DNA from: Candidatus Poribacteria bacterium | Lineage (GTDB): Bacteria > Poribacteria > WGA-4E > WGA-3G | Direction of reading: 5' to 3' | Length of the DNA stretch: 64,000 nt | NCBI GenBank assembly: GCA_964291315.2 | Contig: OZ219753.1 | Span: forward strand, 2,880,001-2,944,000 | Part shown: in pieces, positions 41,279 through 51,348 of the stretch | Layout: each line of letters starts with the position of its first letter | Numbering within the stretch: position 1 is the stretch's first letter | Notes under the pieces: generated by a model | What the model was told of the DNA's origin: nothing | The model's database searches: none | Seen by the model: only the letters and a program-made list of their open reading frames with translations | Made by a program: the position numbers and the translations under genes

Positions 41279-43975
41279 TTGGTAACTATGTTTAATTTAA
41301 AAAAGATGATATTTCTGACACAGATAGTTTTATCGGTTTTTATAGTTTTAACGTTTGTGGTAGTAGCGCAGGACAGTGATGAGGACGCGCTGGCCACACA
41401 AACTGCATCAAGCGATGTGTCCTCTGAAGGTGAGACAGTAACGCTTGAGGGTATGGTAGTTGTAGGGACCCGTGCGAACCCGCGTTCGGTTCTTGAATCT
41501 GCAGTGCCTATTGATGTTTTGCCGAGTGATGAGTTTGTCAAACAAGGTGGGTCAGATTTACCTGATTTATTGAGAAATCTTGTTCCATCTTACAATGTCA
41601 ATGCGCAGCCTATCGCTGATGCAGCGACTGTCGTGCGTCCTGCAAATCTGCGAGGATTGGCGCCTGATCATACATTGCTGCTAGTTAACGGTAAGCGTCG
41701 GCATCGTGCTTCGGTAATTGCGTGGCTTGGCAATGGTTTGTCTGATGGTGCGCAGGGTGCTGATCTCTCGCCTATTCCGTCTATTGCTCTGAAGCAGGTA
41801 GAGGTGCTGCGAGATGGTGCTTCGGCGCAATATGGTTCCGATGCTATCGCGGGGGTTGTGAATTTACAGCTCCGGGATAGTTATCAAGGCGGTTTTCTTG
41901 AGATTAAACCTGGTATTTACCAAGCGGGCGATGGTCTCACGTACGCGGTGGCTGGTAATATTGGTTTGGGAGGTGAGGACCTCTGGACGAATCTGAGTGT
42001 AGAGTATGGCGGGATGAATGAGACGGATCGCTCTATTCAACGTGATGATGCGGCTGCTCTCATCAGTAGTGGCAATACAGATGTGGCGGACCCGGCTCAG
42101 CCTTGGGGGCATCCTATTCTTAGTAACGACATCAAACTTTTTGCGAACTACGGTGCAAGCATTACTGAATCGGTTAGCTTCTACGGTCATGCGAACTATG
42201 CTCAGAAAGAGGTTGAGGGTGGTTTCTACTTTCGGAATCCGAATACCCGCTCGGCTGTTTTTAGTAATAGTGGTGGTGAAACTTTGTTGGTTGGGGATTT
42301 ACGAGGGCTGGAAACAGAGATGGCGGCATGGGAGTCCCGGAAGCAAGCAGCAGAAGCTGCTGGCCAAGAGTTTACCGAGATGTCACCTCACGATGTTGAC
42401 GATATTCCAATAACTGATAATGTGCCGGATCCTGCTCGGTTGCAAGCGGTCAAGGATGACCCGAATCTATTTACGTTCCAAGAGCTATTTCCTGGTGGCT
42501 TCACTCCGCGTTTCGGTGCTGATACAGGAGATGCCTCTCTTCTCGTGGGGTTCAAAGGCACGGTCGTCGGAGATTTGGGATGGGATTTAAGTGCTTCTTA
42601 TGGACGGCATGCTTCCGATTTCTTTATTAGAAATACAGTCAATGCGTCACTTGGGCCGGATACACCCACTGAATTTGATCCGGGCAATTATATTCAAGCG
42701 GATACCAACGTTAATTTCGACCTGACCTATCCTTTGCATGACAGGATCTTCCTCGCGTCTGGATTAGAATATCGGACAGAGACTTTTGAGATTATACAAG
42801 GACAGGTTGAGTCTTGGGAGATCGGCCCGTTGGCAAGCCAAGGGTTTAGTTCGGGTTCCAACGGTTTTCCCGGTTTCAGCGATGTTGCTGAGGGAAGTTG
42901 GACTCGGTCTAACTTTGCTGGCTATTTAGAGGGCCAATTGAATCTATTAGACTTTTGGACGCTTAATGCTGCTGTGCGCGGTGAATACTTTGATGATTTT
43001 GGCAGCACGGTCAATTACAAAGTCGCAACGAATTACGGCATTTCTGATACGTTTAGAGAATTGCTTTATGTTGATCCGATAGTTGATTTAAGAGTTCGCG
43101 GCAGTTACAGCACCGGTTTTCGGGCACCGACACCGGGGCAGCAAAACGCCTTTAATGTCACAACAGAATTCGGTGAAAACAACACGTTAGTCAACAAAGG
43201 TACGATTCCTTCTACGCATGCTGCTGCAGGTTTAGTGGGCGGTAAGCAACTTGAACCGGAGATGTCAAAGAATTTCACGGTTGGAACGGTTGTTGATCAT
43301 GCGATTGCGAGTATCACTATTGACTATTTCAATATCAAGGTTGAGGATCGGTTGGCTCCTTCAAAGGATTTCAATCGTGGCGAAGATATTACGGAAGAAC
43401 AGATTCAGCAGTTGGTTGCTGAGGGCATTACAAGTGCTGGGAACCTGCAAGAATTCCGCTTTTTTACCAACGAGTTTGAAACGAGTACTCAAGGGATCGA
43501 TGTGATTCTGACAGCTCCGATATTGAACGGTGCCCTAAGCGTCGCTTACAATTGGTCGTCCACAGAAGTAACCGACTATAATCCGGATATTCTCAATGAT
43601 GTCCGTGTGAGACTCTTGCAGGAAGGTGTTCCTCGCCGTCGTGGCAATGTGACACTCACACAAGGTATTGGAGATAATTTAGGCGTATTGGGACGCGTTA
43701 ATTACTACGGGCCTTGGTATGAAAATGCCGTAGGAGCACAAACTTACGGTGAGGCGGTCTTGGTAGACTTTGAAGCTAGTTACGCGATTGTTGAAAACCT
43801 AGGGATCACAGTTGGTGTCAACAATGTTCTCAATGTTGAACCAGACAACGTAACTTGGTCGGACCCTGATAATGAGAACTATACGGGCGAGAATGTTGGT
43901 AGACCCTTCGGCGAATATAGTCCTTATGGATTTGGCGGAGCGTTCTGGTATACTAAGGTTGGTTATAGTTTCTAA
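41279..43975 (+). CDS. TonB-dependent receptor (paralog 2)
   Basis: Same plug and barrel motifs as paralog 1, ends GYSF. Start uncertain: TTG 41279 after AGGAGA, or ATG 41288. Confidence 0.93.
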   Translation: MVTMFNLKKMIFLTQIVLSVFIVLTFVVVAQDSDEDALATQTASSDVSSEGETVTLEGMVVVGTRANPRSVLESAVPIDVLPSDEFVKQGGSDLPDLLRNLVPSYNVNAQPIADAATVVRPANLRGLAPDHTLLLVNGKRRHRASVIAWLGNGLSDGAQGADLSPIPSIALKQVEVLRDGASAQYGSDAIAGVVNLQLRDSYQGGFLEIKPGIYQAGDGLTYAVAGNIGLGGEDLWTNLSVEYGGMNETDRSIQRDDAAALISSGNTDVADPAQPWGHPILSNDIKLFANYGASITESVSFYGHANYAQKEVEGGFYFRNPNTRSAVFSNSGGETLLVGDLRGLETEMAAWESRKQAAEAAGQEFTEMSPHDVDDIPITDNVPDPARLQAVKDDPNLFTFQELFPGGFTPRFGADTGDASLLVGFKGTVVGDLGWDLSASYGRHASDFFIRNTVNASLGPDTPTEFDPGNYIQADTNVNFDLTYPLHDRIFLASGLEYRTETFEIIQGQVESWEIGPLASQGFSSGSNGFPGFSDVAEGSWTRSNFAGYLEGQLNLLDFWTLNAAVRGEYFDDFGSTVNYKVATNYGISDTFRELLYVDPIVDLRVRGSYSTGFRAPTPGQQNAFNVTTEFGENNTLVNKGTIPSTHAAAGLVGGKQLEPEMSKNFTVGTVVDHAIASITIDYFNIKVEDRLAPSKDFNRGEDITEEQIQQLVAEGITSAGNLQEFRFFTNEFETSTQGIDVILTAPILNGALSVAYNWSSTEVTDYNPDILNDVRVRLLQEGVPRRRGNVTLTQGIGDNLGVLGRVNYYGPWYENAVGAQTYGEAVLVDFEASYAIVENLGITVGVNNVLNVEPDNVTWSDPDNENYTGENVGRPFGEYSPYGFGGAFWYTKVGYSF

Positions 43976-44015
43976 GAAGCACAACGTTTTTTAGCTTATA
44001 TGAGGTCTATATCAA

Positions 44016-44849
44016 ATGAGCAACCGAAACAAGGATGCAGAGTACACAATGGGGCGCAGTGAGAGCGAGACACAGCGTCTAATGGAGCAATCGCAGCTTT
44101 ATGATGACATAACACGTCGCTTTTTCCTTAGAAGCGGCATCGACAAAGGCATGAAAGTTCTTGATGTTGGAAGTGGTGCTGGCGATGTCGCTTTGACTCT
44201 TGCTGAATGTGTCGCCTCCGGTGGAACTGTAGTCAGCGTAGATGTCAACCCTGATGTCGTCAAAACTGCACAGGGGCGAGCGGAGGCAGCGGGTTATTCG
44301 AACATAGAGTTTATTGTGGGCGATATCCGAACCCTTGAACTCCCCAATGACTTCGATGCGGTTGTAGGAAGACTCGTTCTGATGTATATAGCAGATCCGT
44401 CGGAGCTCCTCAGGCATTTGGCAACACGGTTGAAACCCGGTGGAATTCTCGGCTTTCAGGAAGGCGATTTTAGACTTCATGCAGGGATGGCGCATCCTGA
44501 TACACCGTTCGCAAATCAATTGATTGAATGGGGAAGGGCTGTATTTGAACGCTCAGGGGCACATATGGAGATGGGTATAGACCTTTATAAGGCGTTCGTT
44601 AATGCTGGTCTACCTGAACCTGCCTTACATTTTGAGGCACTGATGGGTGGCCCCAACGACTGGCCCGGGTACGAGTATCTTGCTAACACCTTTAGAAGTC
44701 TTGTTCCACTGATAGAGGCGTATGGTATTGCTACCGCTGATGAGGTGGATGTAGATACGATTACTGAACGTCTGCAAGCAGAAGTTGCTGTAACGAAACG
44801 CCCGTTTGTATTACCTCCGCATGTCACTGCCCATACGTCAGTGGGATAA
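44016..44849 (+). CDS. Class I SAM-dependent methyltransferase (paralog 1)
   Basis: VLDVGSGAG, FDAVVGR and LKPGG. Confidence 0.9.
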   Translation: MSNRNKDAEYTMGRSESETQRLMEQSQLYDDITRRFFLRSGIDKGMKVLDVGSGAGDVALTLAECVASGGTVVSVDVNPDVVKTAQGRAEAAGYSNIEFIVGDIRTLELPNDFDAVVGRLVLMYIADPSELLRHLATRLKPGGILGFQEGDFRLHAGMAHPDTPFANQLIEWGRAVFERSGAHMEMGIDLYKAFVNAGLPEPALHFEALMGGPNDWPGYEYLANTFRSLVPLIEAYGIATADEVDVDTITERLQAEVAVTKRPFVLPPHVTAHTSVG

Positions 44850-44885
44850 ACAGAAAAGAGCGTTCTAAAAGAGAAGGCTGCGTGC

Positions 44886-45746
44886 ATGACGAAGCATAGG
44901 TCAAAAAACTTAAGCCTATTTAATCGAGATGCTACCTATACATTAGGTCGCACCTCACATGAAACGACACGCCTCATTGAGCAATCCAGGATTTATGGAG
45001 AGTCAACATGGCGTTTCTGTAAACGGGCGGGTATTACTGCGGGGATGCATGTGCTTGAGATCGGCAGTGGTGCCGGTGACGTTGCTCTTGCCCTCGCTGA
45101 ACTCGTTGGGTCGACCGGGCGTGTCGTTGGTGTAGATGTGAATGCGAGCATTCTCGACACGGCTCGGCGGCGTGCTGCTGCTGCTGACATGCAAAACGTT
45201 GAATTTGTTGCTGGTGATGCCCGGACGGTTGATTTTTCGAACAAGTTTGATGCAGTTGTTGGACGGTTTGTCCTGATGTACTTGGCTGATCCTCGGAAGG
45301 CGTTGGCGAGTTTCATAACACAGGTAAAGCCTGGTGGTATTGTCGCGTTCCAGGAGCCGGAGTATACGCTCTATCCTGCTTTTTTTCACCGGGATACGCC
45401 GCTCATGAACCAACTGATTGAATGGATCGTAAACGTATTTGAACGGTCAAGGGCACATCTTGACACAGGGATTGGGCTTTATCGGATTTTCGTGGATGCA
45501 GGTTTGCCTGCTCCGTCGATGCACCTTCAGTCTCCGATAGGTGCTGGGGAAGAATGGGTAGGGTACCGGTATATGGTAACCATTTTCCAAAGTCTTCTTC
45601 CGCTCCTTGAGAAATATGGGCTTGCAACGGCGGAGCAGGTTGATGTAGATACGTTAGGAGAACGCCTCCGTCAAGAGTCTCTGACATCAAAGCGCCCTTT
45701 CTTCTTACCGCTACATGTAACAGCACACGCTGTGCTTCCAACCTAA
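44886..45746 (+). CDS. Class I SAM-dependent methyltransferase (paralog 2)
   Basis: VLEIGSGAG, FDAVVGR and VKPGG; colinear with paralog 1. Confidence 0.9.
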   Translation: MTKHRSKNLSLFNRDATYTLGRTSHETTRLIEQSRIYGESTWRFCKRAGITAGMHVLEIGSGAGDVALALAELVGSTGRVVGVDVNASILDTARRRAAAADMQNVEFVAGDARTVDFSNKFDAVVGRFVLMYLADPRKALASFITQVKPGGIVAFQEPEYTLYPAFFHRDTPLMNQLIEWIVNVFERSRAHLDTGIGLYRIFVDAGLPAPSMHLQSPIGAGEEWVGYRYMVTIFQSLLPLLEKYGLATAEQVDVDTLGERLRQESLTSKRPFFLPLHVTAHAVLPT

Positions 45747-45786
45747 ATTACCTAGAGTTTGATAGATACTTCTGTGTTCACTCTGC

Positions 45787-48760
45787 CTATAGAGAATGCC
45801 TTGGGTCTGCCAAACTATGCAGGCTCATCACCTCATTGCCGCGCGGGTCGATGACTTTGACTGCGACCTGTTTATACGGTCCAGAACGGAACGGAAACGA
45901 CGTTGTACCACTGAACCGCTCAAACTGCTCTTCGTCAATAACGCCTTTCAAGGCACGGGCGATCTTCTGCCACGCCGTCTTGTCCGGGAAGAAGGCTTGC
46001 GTGATGCAGAACGTGCGTCCATCGTAGTCGGTATCCACAAACCACGCCGCCACCTTATCCGCACCCGCAGAACGCACGGTGTTGTCTGACGGGTCGTAGA
46101 TGTCCACGCCCTCCATCTTGACAATATATTCCTCTTCGCCGGCTTCCTCAAGGGTCGTGCGCGGCATTCCGAAGACGGTAAAGAGTTGCGTTGAGGGTGT
46201 CTGCTTGAGGAGTCCGCCCATTGCGACGTCGGGGTTGATGTGTGCCATGTGGATACGGACCCTGGGGTTCGGATCGTCTTGGATAACTGCTTGTGCCGCG
46301 CCGTCAAAACTGAACCCTGCGAAGACGAGTTCATCGTAGCCGCGGCGGGAGGCGATGGGCAGACACGCCTCGACTTGCATTGCGGTGATGGGGCCGTGCT
46401 GTGGTCCAAATGCGACAGCGACGGAGGATTCGGTATCGTAGTGTTTCCAAGTGCCTTCTGCGTGGAGGATATCGGCTTCGAGCGGGTCGAGGGTGTCGAA
46501 TTTCAAGGTGTTGTTATTAGTGAATCGCACGCCGTCGTGTCGGAGGTGATGTATCATCTGTTCGAGGTATGCCTCGGCATTGATCAGTTCGTGCGTGTCA
46601 GTTTGTGTGTCAAAAGTGTCTTCGCTTTCTGTGGGTTGTGCTGCGCTGGGCGGATCAAGGTCAAGTGATTCCTCTGCGGGTTGCACTGCCTCTACGGTGA
46701 AGGGACCGGTGACGCGCACTCGTTTTCTGTCGATGTGTGGCTGATCGACAAGTTCTTCGGTTTCAGATGCTGCGGCGATGCATGCGTTGATGTCGTGCAT
46801 CTTTGCTTGCCACGCTTTGCGGTAGTCTACGAGAGCGTGTTGTAGTGTTTTTGGCCAGTCGGGGTCTGTATCGAAGGGTACTTGCCAGTCGTTCCAGCGT
46901 GTATCTGGTAGCTGCCAGCGTCTTTTATCTGCGTCTGTGATAGCAGTTTTGCCGTGTTTTTTCTGTTTATCGGTGAGTTTTGCAAGGAGTTTTATGCGAA
47001 GCGGGGGGGGTAATCTGTGATAAGTTGTTGTTCAAAGCATCTAACTTCTCTTTCAATATCGGCTCATGCTTGGCAAATATCGGATCCAGGGCAGTGTTTT
47101 GAGCGATACTTTTGAGGGTGATATGTGGAACCTGTTTATTGATGAAACCACCCACGATGCCTTTTGACTCATCCTTGAGTTTGTAGTAATCAAAGGCTCC
47201 TGTCAATAAGCGTTGTCGGGCTAAGGCGACAGCCACGCGGCTGGTATCAATTGTTATCCAGCGCCTGCCCCACTGCTCGGCAACATAGGCGGTGCTGCCG
47301 CTTCCACAAGTTGGATCGAGGACAAGATCTCCAGGATCTGTGGTCATGAGAAGGCAGCGTTCAATGACTTTTGTTGAGGTTTGAACAACATAGTTAGGTC
47401 TAGCTTCACCAGTTGTGTCACTCCAAAAATTATTTATTCTTCTTCGTGGTACATCTTCCCAAAAAACAAACGCCCGTAACCGTCCGCTATCTGGCAAATG
47501 TAACCTTTGGGACTTCTCCAATCTCGGGATGGCAGATTCAGGATCAAATGACCATTGAGCGTTTTGACCTGGTAATATTTTACGATTGCGCAGAATTATT
47601 TCTCCACTTCTTACATCGCTCGGATGTTGACTTATTACGCGATCCGCCGACGTACACCATTTTCCGCCTTGTTCTAACAACTCAATTTCCTCAGCCTCAC
47701 TTATGGGTTTCACGAGTTCTCCGTATTGTGTCAAAATTCGGTTATAAGTTTTATCATCGGGTCGCTGGTTACTGTGTGTCAATGTTCCGTAAAGGTTATG
47801 TAATTTGGATTCGCTTTTATTTTTCGCGTAATGCAATATATAATCGTTAATTGCTTGTCCAGGGTTTGTGAAGTTTTTCTTTTTAAAAACAATAGCAGCA
47901 AAAGAATTTTCGTTTCCAAATACCTCGTCCATAATACACCGCACCCGATGCACGTTCTCATCTCCTATCTGCACAAAAATACTGCCGCTATCTGTCAACA
48001 ATTCCTTCGCAACAATCAACCGATCCCGCAGATACGCAAGATATGAGTGGATACCCAAACGCCACGTATCCCGATACGCCTTGATCTGCTCACGCTCACG
48101 CGTCAAGTCCTGCGGACGCTCTCTTACATCCCGCTGAAAAGTACTCGGTTGAAAGTTAGACGCAAACTTGATGCCATACGGCGGGTCTATGTAGATCATC
48201 TGCACCTTGCCACCGAGATTTTCACGTTGTGCAAGGGAACTCATCACCGTGAGACTATCCCCAAGAATGAGACGATTTGCCCAATCCACATCGTGCTGGT
48301 AAAAGTCAACGGCTGTGCTATAATCCTGCTGCGGGTCAGCGAAGAGTTCACGTTGGACGTTTTGGCGCTTTGCGGTTTTCAAGATTGCCTTGCTGCTGAT
48401 GCGTTCGTGGATGTGGAGTGCCACGGGGTCGACGCTGAAGGTTGCGTTCTCCTGTTTGCCTGTCCATTCAAGCCAGGGGGCGTGGTGTCGGAGTGCCTCG
48501 GCGAGCGTCTTGGCCTCCTCTGCGGAGAGGGCGCGTTGCTGTGCAATATGGAGAAATTCGGGGAGTTTGTCTGCATGTGCGTCTGGGTCGGATCGGAGAC
48601 TCGGTGGCAGGTGTGGGTTGTAGGCGTATTGTCGTTTCGGGGGCTCTTGGAGCTTCCCTTGTGCGGCGATGCCTGCGGGCGGGTTATTCTTTCGGGTAGC
48701 GCTGCCGTGTCGGTAGTCTCGGACCTCTTTTGGCTTAGCAGTGCGTTTCTTTTTTGACAT
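45787..48760 (-). pseudogene. Type III Mod-like N6-adenine DNA methyltransferase, frameshifted at a C8 tract (about 990 aa if C7)
   Basis: The 5' ORF has NRLILGD, YIDPPYG and DPTCGSG; the 3' ORF ends AVKVIDPRGNE. Removing one C from the tract at 47003-47010 joins both in frame (ITPPLRIKLLAK...WQAKMHDIN). Confidence 0.85.
47003..47010 (-). repeat. Homopolymer C8 tract at the frameshift
   Basis: GCGGGGGGGGTAATC on the + strand. Confidence 0.9.
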
Positions 48761-48962
48761 TCTAGGACCTCTTTATGGAAATTCAATGGGTAAGTTGGTA
48801 ATGAGCCCTCTCGTTTTTTAAACACAAAACACAAATCCGTAGTATAATAATATATGATACCAAATTCTTGAAATAGGAATCAAGGATAAAGTAATCGCGC
48901 CCTTCCCGTTTGTGGTCGTGGATGCGTATAATAAATTTAAGGAAAAATAAAGGGATTTTTGT

Positions 48963-50009
48963 ATGGCTGATTTGAGAAATACTATTGCACACATCCTCGA
49001 ACACGAACAACGCTTGGAGAACGCCAATGAAGCAACCACCCAACAATACGTCGTTTTACCAATCCTACGGGCTTTGGGGTGGAACGATGCGAACTTAGTA
49101 TCTATGGAAATTCTACCAGAATGGACGATTGAAAGTAGAAGAGCTGATTACGCTTTACGTCTCCCAAAAGAAGAGAACCTTGTTGGACTGATCGAATGCA
49201 AACGGTGGGATCAAACAATCGGAAAGGACGGAGAACAAATTTACTGTTACGCCTGTATTGGAAATGTCCCGCTGGCGATAATTACAAACGGCAAACTTTG
49301 GCAGTTTTACCTCTCTCGGTGGGAAGGCTCAAGTTTGAGCGATAGAATTTTTTGTGAAACGAACATTGAAAACCGAGAAGAGGCTATTTCCGATTTGGAG
49401 AAATATCTCCTGAAATCGAATGTGGCATCAGGTGCCGCGGAGTTAGAGGCCGAAATAGCTTTGGAAGAAAGGCAGCAACCCGCTTCTTACGAGTCTAAAC
49501 CGGTTGATTCTAAAATTGACCTTACTCCCGGCCTGCTTGACAGGACATCAGCAACAAAGCAACCTCAGGTGTCTGCTAACCCTAGCCAAGAGTGGACAAT
49601 GGAACAGATTAGAAATTCAGTACCCAAAGAGGTAAGGGGCTACCAGGAAAAATACTGTGAAAAAAGGCAGCAACTGTTTTATAGAGCGGTTGCTGATGTA
49701 TTGAATTTGATTAAAGAGGAATGGGAATTAGAGCTAAAGTTCAGGAAAAGCTACTGTGGTTTTTTTCTTGAAAATCATAGAAGAGCTACGCGAATAAGTA
49801 GAATATTTGGTATTACTTTTACTGTGCAGCCGAGGCTCTTTGTCCGAATAATGAAAGAAGAGGCAGAGAAATTGGAACGTCAGTATGGATGTGAATTTTG
49901 TCCTGTTGATAAGCCTGAAGTAGACTACATTGATTACGATATCCCCGATAACATCACAATCCTTCGACCTGTACTTGAATTTGCTTACAAAAAACATAGG
50001 AAAGATTGA
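48963..50009 (+). CDS. HsdR_N-like PD-(D/E)xK restriction-nuclease-domain protein (copy 1)
   Basis: NEATT...VLPILRALGW, RADYAL...IECK and IITNGKLW. Confidence 0.8.
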   Translation: MADLRNTIAHILEHEQRLENANEATTQQYVVLPILRALGWNDANLVSMEILPEWTIESRRADYALRLPKEENLVGLIECKRWDQTIGKDGEQIYCYACIGNVPLAIITNGKLWQFYLSRWEGSSLSDRIFCETNIENREEAISDLEKYLLKSNVASGAAELEAEIALEERQQPASYESKPVDSKIDLTPGLLDRTSATKQPQVSANPSQEWTMEQIRNSVPKEVRGYQEKYCEKRQQLFYRAVADVLNLIKEEWELELKFRKSYCGFFLENHRRATRISRIFGITFTVQPRLFVRIMKEEAEKLERQYGCEFCPVDKPEVDYIDYDIPDNITILRPVLEFAYKKHRKD

Positions 50010-50118
50010 TTTCGATACGTCTCCGCTCAAGCACTTCTCTGCCAACCTATTCAAAAGCATAGACATCAGTTCTTGATTTCTTATGCTATCTGCATAAATT
50101 AACATAGGAGAGGCGCTG

Positions 50119-51243
50119 ATGAAACTGGCTAAATTGTCTGTGCTGATTGCATTGTTTGGTGCTGTCAGTTTTTATTTTTCAATAGGTATTGCTACAGCAG
50201 TAGTGGCTGATTTGAGAAACACTATTGCCCACATTCTCGAACACGAACAACATTTGGAGAAAGCCAATGAGGCAACCACCCAACAATACGTCGTTTTACC
50301 AATCCTACGGGCTCTGGGGTGGAACGATACAAACTTAGTATCTATGGAAATTCTACCAGAATGGAAGATTGAAAGTAAAAGAGCTGATTATGCCTTACGC
50401 CCCCAACGCGAGCGGAACCTTGTTGTACTGATCGAATGCAAACGGTGGGATCAAGCAATCGGAAAGAACGAAGAACAAATTTGCTTTTACGCCTATAGCG
50501 GAAATGTCCCGCTGGCGATAATTACAAACGGCAAACTTTGGCGGTTTTACCTCTCTCGGTGGGAGGCTCCAAGTTTGAGCGATAGAATTTTTTGTGAAAC
50601 GAACATTGAAAACCGAGAGAGTGCCATTTCCGATTTGGAGAAATATCTCCTGAAAACGAATGTGGCATCCGGGGCCGCGGAGTTAGAGGCCGAAACAGCG
50701 TTGGAAGAAAGTCAGAAATCTGCTTCTTACGAGTCTAAACCGGTTGATTCTAAAATTGACCTTACTCCCGGCCTGCTTGACAGGACATCAGCAACAAAGC
50801 AACCTCAGGTGTCTGCTAACCCTAGCCAAGGATGGACAATGGAACGGATTAGAAATTCAGTACCTAAAGAGGTAAGGGGCTACTACCAAGAAAAATACAA
50901 TAAACAAAGGCGGGACCTGTTTTATAAAAGGGTTGCCGATGTATCGAATTTGATTGAAGAGGAATGGGAATTAGAGCTAAAGTTCAGACAAAACTACTGT
51001 GGTTTTTTTCTTAAAAATCATAGAAGAGCTACGCGAATAAGTAGAATATTTGGTATTACTTTTACTGTGCAGCCGAGACTCTCTGTCCGAATAAGCAAGG
51101 GAGAAGCAGAGCAAATGGAGCGTCAGCATGGGTGTAAATTTTATGCGGTTAGAAAAGACCACATTTATTACGATATCTCTGATAATCCCGCATCCCTTCG
51201 ACCTGTACTTGAATTCGCTTATAAAAAACATAGCAAACCTTAA
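50119..51243 (+). CDS. HsdR_N-like nuclease-domain protein (copy 2) with an in-frame N-terminal signal peptide
   Basis: MKLAKLSVLIALFGAVSFYFSIGIATAV is fused to VADLRNTIAH..., which is colinear with copy 1. Confidence 0.8.
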   Translation: MKLAKLSVLIALFGAVSFYFSIGIATAVVADLRNTIAHILEHEQHLEKANEATTQQYVVLPILRALGWNDTNLVSMEILPEWKIESKRADYALRPQRERNLVVLIECKRWDQAIGKNEEQICFYAYSGNVPLAIITNGKLWRFYLSRWEAPSLSDRIFCETNIENRESAISDLEKYLLKTNVASGAAELEAETALEESQKSASYESKPVDSKIDLTPGLLDRTSATKQPQVSANPSQGWTMERIRNSVPKEVRGYYQEKYNKQRRDLFYKRVADVSNLIEEEWELELKFRQNYCGFFLKNHRRATRISRIFGITFTVQPRLSVRISKGEAEQMERQHGCKFYAVRKDHIYYDISDNPASLRPVLEFAYKKHSKP

Positions 51244-51348
51244 CGCCGATATGTCTCCGCTCAAGCACTTCTCTGCTAGCCTGCCGAAATGCATGGACAT
51301 CAGTTCTTAATTCTGTTATACTATCTGCACAAATTAACATAGGGAGAG

